From the NCBI RefSeq assembly GCF_002105155.1, contig NW_019028992.1, positions 496,001-560,000 on the forward strand: a DNA stretch of 64,000 nt, read 5' to 3'. The notes under the pieces are model-generated. The model saw nothing but the letters and a program-made list of their open reading frames with translations, did not search any database and was not told where the DNA came from. Made by a program: the position numbers and the translations under genes. Origin of the DNA: Lobosporangium transversale. Lineage: Eukaryota. Below are positions 25,021-36,492 of this stretch, piece by piece (the first letter of the stretch is position 1; every line of letters begins with the position of its first letter).

Positions 25021-25339
25021 GAGAAGAGATAAACGTGGATGAGTTGGTCTGCTTTAGGGATCTATGTTTGCTAGTGGTAACCAATAGCAGATATAGGGAA
25101 ATAGAATTTAGATACTATGATAGCGAAGAGTTAAGGGATTAGAACTAGAATTACTCTATTCAAGTCCAGTACATTGATGACAGCTAATGCCCCACCAATT
25201 AATATAAAGAAAACCTTCTAACTGTTAACAACGATCAATGTCGCAACGATCCAAATATAAGACATACAAAGGAAGCGTAATTCAAGGCACGTTAGTGTCT
25301 CGACTTGACCCTATAGTACCCTCTATGTCTGAAGAGCTT

Positions 25340-25760
25340 AGGTGGACCTAGAGCTACATTGACAGCAATTGCTAATGGTACAGAGTGGGTTTGCACAGAT
25401 TGACTAATTTATGGGTTAGTCCCATAGCTAATGTTGATTAAAAGACTGTAGAGGGCATGCAGCGTATTACGTTTAGGCAGCTAGGCAAGCTGACTCGGTT
25501 ACAGAGCCTTGATCTGACCGGGTTCTATTCATCATATGAGAAAACTCGGACACTAGACTTGGTCAACCTGAAGAACCTGCGTTGGTTATCGTTTAGTCGC
25601 GGTGATCTCCAGGAAATCGAACCCGAGGACGCGACATGGATTATAAACAATTGATCCGATATCCGAAGCTTGCAAGGTGCTATGAACAACGAGAACTCTG
25701 CAATGGCTATTTACCCTAATCGCACAAAATTGGCGGCGTGAAAGACTAGATTATCTCTTC
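25340..25760 (+). pseudogene. F-box/LRR C-terminal fragment (paralog 4)
   Basis: GPRATLTAIANGTEWVCT...MQRITFRQLGKLTRLQSLDLTGFYSSYEKTRTLDL is nearly identical to about 22720-22955. No N-terminus. Confidence 0.85.
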
Positions 25761-26068
25761 AGAATATGATTCGAAAACATGACTCCTGAATATGAACCTC
25801 TGAAGTGATATCTATTATAACAAGAAGAATAAAGGTGATTTTTGTGAGCTGAATAGTGCATACATAGCTATTAAAGGCGTAAATCATCTGGGGAGTTTGA
25901 CTGGGTTATCTGCTACTGGAAAGCCAGCTTTGATATCCTAGCTGTGCTTGGCTTTCTATCCAGTTGTAATAAGTCAATATATTAATTTAAATCTAGAAAT
26001 AAAAATGGTGGCAAAATTATCAGTATATATGGCTATTTGCATTCTTCATCTCCATCATCTCTCTTCAC

Positions 26069-27400
26069 ATGAAGAACAATAACAACCTGGGTGCTTTGGA
26101 TATCCCAGAAATTGTTTCCCTTGTTGGTGACCTTGTCAGTCAAGCTGATCTCCTGCGTTGTATTCGCGTCTCCAGTACTTTTCACAATACTCTAATCAAA
26201 TACATCTGGAAAAGGATCGCTATTATATGTCATTCAAGATACTCTACCGAGGAAGCACTGCAGGGTTACAAAGAATATATTGAGAAGATTGCATTTTATA
26301 GCGACTTCCCAAAGGAGTTCAGAAATTTTTGGGTTGAACACATCGGCTACTTTGTGGAATCATCTCAGGACACTTTTTTGAGCGATCTTTCCAATCTCAT
26401 CAAGGCACACAGCTCCAGTCACCAATCTTGGAATCGAGTCGTATGATTGAGTTTACGGGAACTATGGGAAGCACTACTGAGATGCACCCATCTTGAGGGT
26501 TTAAGGCTATCTAAAGCATGTATAAGCGATGGTGAGGTCGAGCTTTCCTTTCAGATTTGTAAAAAAAAGCTGGGACCTTGCACATGTCCAAAGTAAGCAT
26601 CAACCAGCTACCTTCCGGATCCCTGGACGAAGACATGGATGAATTTTTTTCAAATGTGCGCAAACTACAATCTCAGAGTGTCCGGATACTCAACCCTCCA
26701 TATCTGCACACATCACTATATTGCTATATTGCCCTGGTACAGGATTACAAATATTGCTATTCAATGCTTTTATTGAGTCCATCGGATATAGAGAACAATC
26801 ATCTATTGATTTCCATAAAGCAGTATTCCTTTATCGGCCCTACATCCGGACAAATCCACCAGCTATACGTTTTACGTGGACTGAAATAAAGGACAAGGAT
26901 ATGGCGGCACCTCTCAGACAGATGACGAACTAAGATGTCTAGCTATCCTAGATTGTCATGTCGGCGCACTCGCTATTCGAGAGCTACTAGTGGAAAGGCA
27001 GGAAACTTCGGATAGTGGACACAAAGTACAAAGAAGGAGGGGCCGGAGGCTCTGTGATACTGTTGAGGAACTGAGTTTCTTTACGGTAAGTGAAAGCAGT
27101 GATGGCGTTGTTCAAGTAACCTTATCCAATTGTCGGTATCTGAAAGTGTTCTCTGGATCTACCATTAGTGTAACAAGAAGTGTTGAGGGAGTAGAATGGA
27201 CTACATATCATGAATGTCGAACTTGAGATTGATGTTGATCGAGAGACTTCAGAAGACAAGGAGAAGGGACGTACTATGTATGAACGGATCCGTAAATTGG
27301 CTTGGCTACATTCTTCTAACGCTATAGTGTATATCCGTTTACTATCTTTTGCAGGCATTAAGTTCATTATTAAGGCAAAGAGGCTTATTAAAAGAGTCAA
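26069..27400 (+). pseudogene. F-box/LRR paralog 5, frameshifted
   Basis: ALDIPEIVSLVGDL...CIRVSSTFH start. Homology continues across ORF pieces 26578, 26721, 26990 and 27210 in changing frames. Confidence 0.85.
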
Positions 27401-28586
27401 TTTGGTCCTTTCTATTTTACTATACATATGTATATGCTTCTCATTCTTCGCTTTTCCTTGTTCCGAAGCGGCTTTGGTCTTTGTTACTATCGGACATATG
27501 TCATAAATTGGATCAATCTACGGTATACAAAAGTCTTTTGACGCCTCAAGAGGACTGAAATTTTATTACCAAGGCCGAGAACAAGCGCGTTTTTATCTGG
27601 CAAGTATAGTACCAAGAGCAGGGAGGAGCCCGAAAATAATACCAGCGTCACCTCCTAGACCTGCCATGTGTTACAAATTAGCAATAAGGCAGAAAACTGC
27701 TTATCAGACAACGCTGAGACATCGGTGTTGGTTAGGAATGTAGAAGAACCGGATGGCCATCGGCGACTTGGATATTGTAATCACTTCAACATAGGATTCA
27801 TAGGTGACATTGGAAATGCTCTGCTTCTTTCTTTAAGGCGTTGGCTCGAGCCTCGTTAGGCTACAGGCAAGGTCTCTTGGTGATATTGAAAAATGAATAC
27901 TTTTGTCCCGAACAAATGCCCGCGGCTAGACTGCGGTTGGTTTAGTAATAGAATTATGATATATATAATCTATGTATGGCTCTGTTTGTAGGTCAGCAGT
28001 CCGCAGACAAACCTTTAGGGACCATTTTCAGGATCACTAAGGATGCAAAAGATACTCATATTTGTTCAGACTAAGCACCACCATCTTGTCCCAGTCCAGA
28101 CGGAATACATAGTTACTGCGTTGGTCGATGTTATTGATAAGACTACTCTTTATCTGTCTTCATACTCTTCCTTCTTGAGGGAAATATTACTCCTGTAGTG
28201 CCGATAATTCTAGATGCCCGATTGGAATAGTAGATGCGCATAATAATATTCGAGCTGAGATGACATATAATAGACACAGCCATTCGAGCTGTAAACTCCG
28301 CGGCCTCAATTTTTTTTTTATTGATTGAGTTGTGAAACGGATTCAGTATATCGTTTATGACATGCGAAGAGAGATATGTATATATATATATATTCATGTA
28401 GTTGATTGTTGACGGCGGGGATCAATAAATAGAAAAAGGATGGTGACCCACATGTCAATCCGTGAACGTTATTTAAACTGTTTTCGTCCCACTGTTGACT
28501 TTTTTTTTTTTTTTTTTCCTTCACTCCACTGTTTTTTCTCTGCTTCTTCTCTTCCTCTTCTCCACTATCCTTTCATTTTTAATCCC

Positions 28587-29751
28587 ATGGATACCATTCA
28601 GGTTAAAGGTAATAAATATAACTTTGTCAAGATGGAAATATGAAAAGGCTGATCACGCTAGTCCGCCCCAATTTGCAGCATGCAGGAACAACTTGAATTA
28701 TATATTATTTTTTTTCATTTTGTGGCACCATGAATCCAACACTCGATTACAACAAACGGATGCTTCATTCATTGTAATGTTAATGGTTGAACATGAGGAT
28801 TGATCAACCTTCTCATCTCTACTTCTCTGGGATTTTTTTATTACTATTGCTATTATTATCCTCACTCCTCAGATCGACTGATACCGAGTTTACAGGATAA
28901 TTTATCTTTACACTGGACTTCAATTGTGCTAAATTCTTATTCGATTATTCGTTTTTGTTTAATGCTAGCCCGTTATTACGTCGCTCAGCTCGACAAGCAG
29001 CTGGAGCAATACCCCCAATTGAAGCACCTTGAGATTGCCACCGGTTTGCCCAAGGCCTATGTCGTTCTTGGAGCTGGAGCTTTTGTCTTCTTGATGATCT
29101 TCTTCAACTTTGCTGGAAAACTCCTCTCCAACCTCTTAGGATGGGTTTACCCCGCCTACCGTTCATTTAAGGCATTGGAGACTCAACAGAAGGATGATGA
29201 TACTCAGTGGTTGACTTACTGGTAAATCGGACAAAACTCTTGTTTGCGTTGGGATAAAAGTTTTTTTTTTTTGGGCTGTGTTTCACAACGGAAAAAATAT
29301 AAAAACTTACCCAAGGAATACTTTTCTGTGCATGCATGTGCATGGTGTACGTTACGCTTTTTTTCCTTATTGAATTAGGACTGTGTACGGATTCGTCTCT
29401 ATCCTCGAGTCCTTCACTGACATCCTCTTGTACTGGTTCCCCTTCTACTTCTTCCTCAAGACTGTCTTCCTTCTCTGGCTCATGCTTCCTACCTTCAACG
29501 TAAGCTGTCTTGGTTTTTTATTTATTTTTGTTACGTGAAAAAGGTTTAGTTTTCGTCTGTACTAGAATGACTAATAGCGTATTGTTGTATTTCTTGATCT
29601 CCCATTGACTGAATAATAGGGTGCCTCCACCATCTACACTCGCGTCCTTCGTCCTTTCTTGCTCCAGCACAAGGAGGAGATCGACTCGTCCTATTACAAC
29701 TTGAAGGCCAAGGTTTCTGCTGCCGCTTCGGAGCTTGATGCCGCTCATTAA
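28587..29751 (+). CDS. YOP1: ER membrane-shaping protein Yop1 (TB2/DP1/HVA22, REEP5-like)
   Basis: Exons 28587-28608, 28969-29221, 29379-29499, 29620-29751. YPAYRSFKALE...DDTQWLTYWTVYG...WFPFYFFLKTVFLLWL. Confidence 0.95.
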
Positions 29752-30045
29752 TGAAAAAAGACTTTAAAGAAAAGCTTTACTTCAACATTTTCATTTCGAT
29801 ATAGAGCCACATTTATTTATTTAGCATTGTGAATAATCTTCGAATTTTCAAATATGAAAAATATGATATGACACTTTTATATAAATATGCGCTGAGCGTT
29901 TTTAGAAGCATGTAAAGGACCAATTAAACTATGGTATAATGGTATTTTAAGTTCGTTTTATCCTTTTTTTTTTTTATTCTACTTTTTATTTATTTTGTTA
30001 TGTTTTGTTATGTTTTTTTTTTATGATCTCCTGTCAAATGTCTTT

Positions 30046-30827
30046 TTACTTTCTGCCACCTTGAGCAGGTTGTTGCCTTTCACGTCGTGCAGCGTCCTGA
30101 AGCAATGCTGTATCAACTGAAGGGGCAGGCAACTGTACGTAACGAACAACTGATCCACGAATGAAGCAATTCTTGACAGCGAGCTATTGAGATTGAGAAA
30201 GTATAATAAAGTGATAGAGCATAAGGCACACAGGTTTTTTTTGTATATCGAATCATAAATATTTACGGAATTAGAACGTTCCGGTGATTTTCTTATTGTC
30301 CATAAGACATTCATACTGAGTCGCCATTGGCACTATCAATATGTGGTTGTATTGTATCTGGTTGTTATGTGTGTAATACAATGCGTGTCCATGCAATAAA
30401 TAACAGGGCAAGTGTTATGGAGATCCTTGATCCATGCTCTTTGATCTAATGTTATTCCAGCTCTCCAGGGATTCCTGACCCAAGACTTTTCTTTTTCTTT
30501 GGCTTTCCCAGAAATTTCATACCATATGTGGATAACGCTCCTCATCTACAACCTTGATATTATCGAGTTTGATGTTCAAGAACTGGTCCACAGAGACTAA
30601 GACGCCTGTAATAGCCAAATCGTTCTTCAACTCAACTGTTACTGGTTGACCGACCAAGGTCTTGAAAAATGAATAGAAGAGCTAAGTCGTAAATCAATAA
30701 AAGAATGACGAGAAAAAAAAAAAAATAAAATAAAAAAAAAAAAAAAGATAGGAATGACAAGGTATGAGGGATTGCTATATTTTTTCCATAGCGATATTGT
30801 TATAACCACGACTCGGTTTTTTCTTTT

Positions 30828-30862
<35 letters not shown>

Positions 30863-31100
30863 GGTTGATGCAACTGCTGAAAAGCTGATTCCTCTGCCTT
30901 GAGGCATTGTTCCAAATTGAAAGTCTTTTATATTTGTCAACACAATTTACAATCCTGGCTCAAACATTCACTGATTGATGCAAAATTACTGCATTGAGTC
31001 TCCTATATGCCTTTGAAGTAGAGCTAAAATGCTGTCCGATGCTTTGTCCTTGATATCTTGTCATATGTTCCTTTGTATTGTGTATTAATAAGCTCACCAT
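30046..31100 (-). CDS. LSM2: U6 snRNA-associated Sm-like protein Lsm2, 99 aa; absent from ORF track
   Basis: Exons 31100-31098 (ATG only), 30681-30523, 30183-30046 give MLFYSFFKTLVGQPVTVELKNDLAITG...VDQFLNIKL...YPHMLAVKNCFIRGSVVRYVQL. Confidence 0.95.
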
Positions 31101-31249
31101 TATGTCGTTTATGGAAAGGCGTGCAGAAGACGCGCGAGTGAAAAAAAAAAAGTGGGTGGAGAAGCGTGAAAGAATGTAAAACTGAAATATGTATTTTCTT
31201 GAATTATTTCAATGCAAGTCACCTTCCTGCTACGTCGTGGTGCAAGACG

Positions 31250-33640
31250 AACTTTTAAGCTCAACAATAGAATCAACACCGTCAACGAGCGCCTTCAACC
31301 TCGAGGTCACCATCAGTGACCCATCAAAAGCAGCTCTGTCAAAGGTCCTTTAAGCTCCGACTGATAACCAGTTATTGTTGCGGTTATTTTTGAAGAAGAC
31401 TATATCCACAGATAAGGATAAAAAGAGCGAGTCGCGCAGCGTTAGAAGGACGATGGCCATACATTCTCGAGTCTCTCTTTTAAAACGTCATCAAACCCCT
31501 AAAGACACCTACTTTGCCATCAATTTGGCAATGCTACAGATAATGATAATGAGTGAACTTGCTAGCTTAAAGGCTCACGGCAAAAGGTTGATGAATTTTC
31601 GTTGAGATCCATTTTTAAAAGCATTTGCCGATTCTGATTAAACTTTCGGGTGCTCTTACAGCTCCCTGTTACGTACCGAGGCTTGGAGTGTGCCTCAAAG
31701 GCACCATAAGGTCAGAACATTGTGTGGCGGCCATGGCAGGATCTTAATAGGAGGCTCTCGCCTGGCAACAATAATAAAAACAGCCTTTGGTCTCCTTGAC
31801 ATTAAGACCAGAGAACATTTCACTTCCGACCCCAAGCTCCCATCTCCAATCGTACTTTCAGTCACCAGAATACTGTTGTTCAACAAAAAGTAGAAATGTA
31901 ACTTCCAGTGATCAATATTTACCCTATATATCTGCAGTTCTGGCTCTCCTTGATGCTATAACTCTTCCATTTGCAAATGATATTCGCCGAAGCCATCCAC
32001 AACCACCGTAGTTTTTCGAATACGCTGGGACCTCTTGAACAGATCGCAATAGCATTGAGACGGAAACGGGCCTTATGAAAACTCCAGATCACCATGCATT
32101 AGAGGATCTCTTTCCTTCGACGCAACGGTTCTTAGAGATTGGGAGATAATGATTAAAAATAGTGGTCTGGAAACTTACGCGAGAAATAATGCCTCGGCAA
32201 TCAGCAGTCAATTTATACGTGCCGCTGCTAGGCCATCTAGGTGTCCTATCGGCGCGTCTTCTACGTGATAAGTGCAGACTAACACATGTATGTGTTGCCA
32301 AGACAGCTAATTCGACAGCGGATAAAATTTTTAACACTTTTTTCGATTCACGGGAAGCCAAGAATATGGCGCCAAAGAACGCTTCTTTGTTTCGCCGAAA
32401 TAGAATGCTGTATATAGAACTCTCAATAGTATCAAGGTGACGGTGTAGGGCGGATTTAAGAGTCTTAAGGTGGTCAATAATCATGCTTCATGTCAACTCT
32501 ACAATGAACTACGCCAAAGAGCTTCTGCACCTTCACTCTAACCTCAGCTATGTATGGTCGGGTAAAACGAAGCGCATGGTCATGATGTTAGTCAACAAAA
32601 GCGGCACTAAAAAACGAATTCATACCTACAGATCAATACCAAGAGCATAAAAACCTGCAGACAAAGCTCTATGCTAAAAGAGCAGGAGGAAAGTTACCAT
32701 GGAGTCACTTAACAGAACCAATATCAGTAGATTTTGATACTCTAGGCGATACCCATGGATATATTAGAAATGCAGTACAATGTAGATACTGTTGAGTTTA
32801 TTATGGTCTCGTAGAGGGCCCAACACAGCCTAGGCGACTGGTTCTTTATTCCTTCTTTTGTTCACAGAGCTATTGGAGCAATGACTATTCTCGTTCAGAT
32901 AAAGAGCCTTCTGCAACACTCTTCATCAGTTATAAATAGATCATCAAAGACCCCTTATTTTACTCATAGAACCATTTGAGTACTAACTGCTCTCGTTCGG
33001 CCTTTTTGTGTCGTGCATTTCTTATCAGTGTTCGAAGTATTTTTCTATTTCTGTAGCTAGCAGTGGCCGGCTTCACAAACCATCCAAGAACTACATCTCT
33101 AATCCCAACTTTTTCAACAATAGGCTATTCGAGAAATATTTAAAATGGAGGTTGAAATGGCAGACAATTCTATTGATACTGATTCGCAAGAAAACATGTT
33201 GAGAGACTCAAGGACGTTTAAAGAAATGGGCTAAATGTAGCCACTAATTATTTGGTTTTATGATTTTTGGTATTGCCTTACTATTTTGGTTCGTGGAGGC
33301 GTTTCCTTTTTACTTTGATAGCTCGCTATGGTCTGGATCTTAAAGGTAAGCTCCTTTGTTGAAGGTTGCTTTGGGTACAGTGGGGCAATAGGATGCATCA
33401 GTGGCGTAGGAGCCGGTGGTGGCATGCCCAATGGCGAGTGTGCCAATAGCAGGTGAGATGGCAGCTGAGCTGCCGGTGATGTAGAGACTGGGGACGGAGA
33501 TATTGATTGCGAGAGTGTCGTGTTCGGGATATTTTGTCCCAACAGGCTCTGCGCCTGTTGCGGTACAGTCTCGGCTACAGGCACGTAATAAACAAACGAG
33601 TTTTTTTGACTCTAACTTTTCAGCAATCTGTGATTCCATT
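31250..33640 (-). pseudogene. Decayed coding-like sequence of unidentified family
   Basis: No long homopolymer runs. TATA-like site and ATG at 33639, Pro-rich ORF fragments, and an intron-like segment about 32630-32548 (GTATGA...GACTAAC...TAG). Many stops. Confidence 0.35.
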
Positions 33641-33942
33641 GTCGAGTGTTGCGGGAAAATAGATAAGTGGTGAATGGGGTAAATGGTCTGACCATAAAAG
33701 AAGCGGCGCGGCAATTTAAACCTTCCTTTTTTATATTGTCTCGTGACTTACAAAGCCACGCATAGGTGCGTATACAAAGTAACTTCGCCCTGAGCACTTC
33801 ATAACTGGACATTCCATTGGCAACTCATTTCCTTTGCACAATCAGCAAGCTCAACAAGCCTAATAGAGCTGTCGATAGGATTTTTGACAAGAATAATTTG
33901 ATTTCAATATATAGGCAAACCACGGGGGTTAAATATTAAGTC

Positions 33943-35035
33943 ATGTTGACTCCACCTGAGCAATTTGGTATTGTCGAGCCAGGACTTTACCGTTCAGACA
34001 CGCTACACCCATCCCATTTTCCATTTATCCGCTCACTCAACCTCAAAACCGCTATTCTTCTTACACCAGAGCTTCCTTCGCGTGCCATGTCTAATTTTTT
34101 TGAAGAGAATCAAATCCGTCTTATTGATTTAGCACTAGGATCATGGAAGAATAATATGTCCAACAATAGCATTAGTAACAATAGCAATAATAATAATAGT
34201 AACAACAATGCTGCTGATGGACAAGGAATAGGGGAAGCAGTTAGTGGGTCTGGAGCTGGAGCTGGAACTGGAACTGGGACCGGAAGCGGTGGAGCATTGG
34301 CAATAGCAGGAGGGGGTACTAATGTCACGTTGACAACACCTTCAGTTCCCGCAGCGCCTTTCCAAACTAGCTGGTGGAAACCATTAAGCGAAGAACTAAT
34401 CAAAGATGGTCTGGAGATGGTTTTGGATGCCAAAAATTACCCCATCATCGTCATGGATACGTAAGTTCTTTTATTACTATTATTGTTTTTCCTATTCCTT
34501 ACAAGATGCTCATAAGTTCTTAATATCATTTATTACATTAATGTGATCATTAGGTTTGATCCTTAATCTTTTTTTTATCACTATATATTTTTTTTGTCAT
34601 TGCTGATAGATCTGGTATTCATGAGATTGGAACATTTATGGGATGTCTGCGTCGACTACAGCATTGGAATTTTAGTTCGATCATTGTGGAGTATCGTGCG
34701 TATGCAGGAAGTAAGGCACGATATGTTAATGAGCAATTCATAGAGTTGTTTGATATTGATTGGATCACCTTGCCAGAATGTCTGCCAACATGGTGGATTG
34801 AACAGGAACAGATGTGGGTATGTTTTCAAAAACCTTTTTCTATCATTTTTTTATCTTTTTGATGATATGGTGGTTTGAACTTGAATATGGAAGAGCTTCA
34901 ATTCATTTACAACTTTAAAATTGATAAAAATGGTGATAGAGAGAAGAAGAAGAAGAGAGAGAGTTGCAGTTGGAGAAGGAACGAGAAGCTGCAGCATGTC
35001 AACAGAACGAACAGAAACAACAACTACAACTATAG
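33943..35035 (+). CDS. OCA/SIW14-family (plant-fungal atypical DSP) protein, predicted catalytically inactive, Oca4-like
   Basis: Exons 33943-34460, 34610-34817, 34940-35035. PPEQFGIVEPGLYRS, GCLRRLQHWNFSSIIVEYRAYAG, EQFIELFD. The P-loop reads MDTSGIHEIG and lacks CX5R. Confidence 0.85.
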
Positions 35036-35174
35036 CAGCAGTAGCAGTTGATACTATATATATACATACTATAATTCTATGAATAACTTCATGGCCTCAA
35101 AATTAAGTAAAAAAGTGACGACTCAATTAAAATTCCCTTAAAAAAAATAACGAAAACAAAAACAAACAAAATCA

Positions 35175-35188
35175 AACGCGACGCGAAT
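35175..35188 (+). promoter_or_regulatory. Tandem ACGCG/CGCGAA (MCB/SCB/E2F-like) elements upstream of dUTPase
   Basis: aacgcgacgcgaat about 115 nt upstream of the DUT1 ATG, in otherwise CG-poor DNA. Confidence 0.55.
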
Positions 35189-35297
35189 TTTGTCCCCCCA
35201 CTTTTCTTTTTTCCTACTCAGACCTACTACTCAATTCTTTTTTTCTTTTATTTTTTCCTACCATCGTCCACAACTATTCATTCCCTCCTCTTGCACT

Positions 35298-35967
35298 ATG
35301 AGCCCTACCAATGCTGAGAAACGCACCATTGAGATCGATTCCCAACCCAACCCAAAACGCATCCACCACGACGATTCACTTAAACGCTCATCTTTAACTC
35401 CTACAGCGACTACTGTCATTGTGACTGATACAGCAGAAACAAAGACAACAGAAGCAGCTATTCCAGCTACTTCAGCCACTCCAACCTCTTCAACTACGTC
35501 AACACCAAATACCACTATCGCTGCTGTTACTCCTGTCGAGTCTGTAGAGGGTAAAGGACCCAAGTCAATTATGCTCGGTCCTTTACTTGTCAAACGACTC
35601 TCCGAGAAGGCTCGAATTCCTACCCGTGGAAGCAAACATGCTGCAGGGTTCGATCTATACAGGTAACTCAATTAATTTGTTTTTATTTTTATTTTATAAT
35701 TTAATTAATACTAAAAGAAAAATGTTTTAATTATTTAGCGCAAAAGCCATGACCATCCCTGCAAAATCTCAAGGTGTCGTACCTACAGATATTAGTATTG
35801 CTATTCCTGAGGGCACTTATGGTCGAGTAGCACCTCGAAGTGGCCTTGCTGTCCGTCACTTTGTTGATGTTGGCGCTGGAGTTGTTGATTATGACTATAG
35901 GGTAACTATTTTTTTTTTTTTCTTTTTTGTTTTTTTATATTAATTCTTATTATTTATTTACTTGCTT

Positions 35968-36007
<40 letters not shown>

Positions 36008-36295
36008 GGGCCCGATTGGTGTTGTCTTATTCAACTTTGGGCAGAATGATTTTGTGGTGGAGGAAGGAGATCGTATTGCTCAATTGGTCTTGGAGAAGGT
36101 TCACATGTGTGAGGCTGTTGAGGTGAAGGTAAGGGCCATTTTATTTGATATTCACTTTTATGGTTACCACATGCTCGTCATATATAATAATGGTAAGAGT
36201 GATACTAACGAGAATAGATACTAAAATAATAGGAATTGGATTCTACTGAACGTGGATCTAGTGGATTCGGTAGCACTGGTGTCAAGCTTGTATAA
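35298..36295 (+). CDS. DUT1: dUTP pyrophosphatase with Thr-rich N-terminal extension
   Basis: Exons 35298-35662, 35739-35901, 36009-36128, 36233-36295. All five motifs present: [36 protein letters not shown]. Confidence 0.96.
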
Positions 36296-36492
36296 AAAAC
36301 CCCTCATTTATCAACAAAACAAAAATACCATTCGCTGTTATTAGAAGTTTTCTTGTCTTATTAGTGTAGTTTGTTGTTTATTACTGTTATTGATCTGTAA
36401 ATATTCAAAAATAAATATATATAATTAATGCTTCCTATTTACTCTTGACTAACGTCATGATATATACTATGGATTTCAAGCCATTTCTCATG

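Noticed and set aside
27600..27660. AATAATACCAGCG resembles part of a fungal TPP riboswitch
   Set aside because: The CTGAGA and ACTTGATCTGG elements are missing and there is no thiamine gene or host intron.
32700..33639. Long frame with TAA/TAG read as Gln (alternative genetic code)
   Set aside because: Careful translation from the ATG at 33639 meets a TGA near 33210 and needs frameshifts. Ordinary decay explains it.
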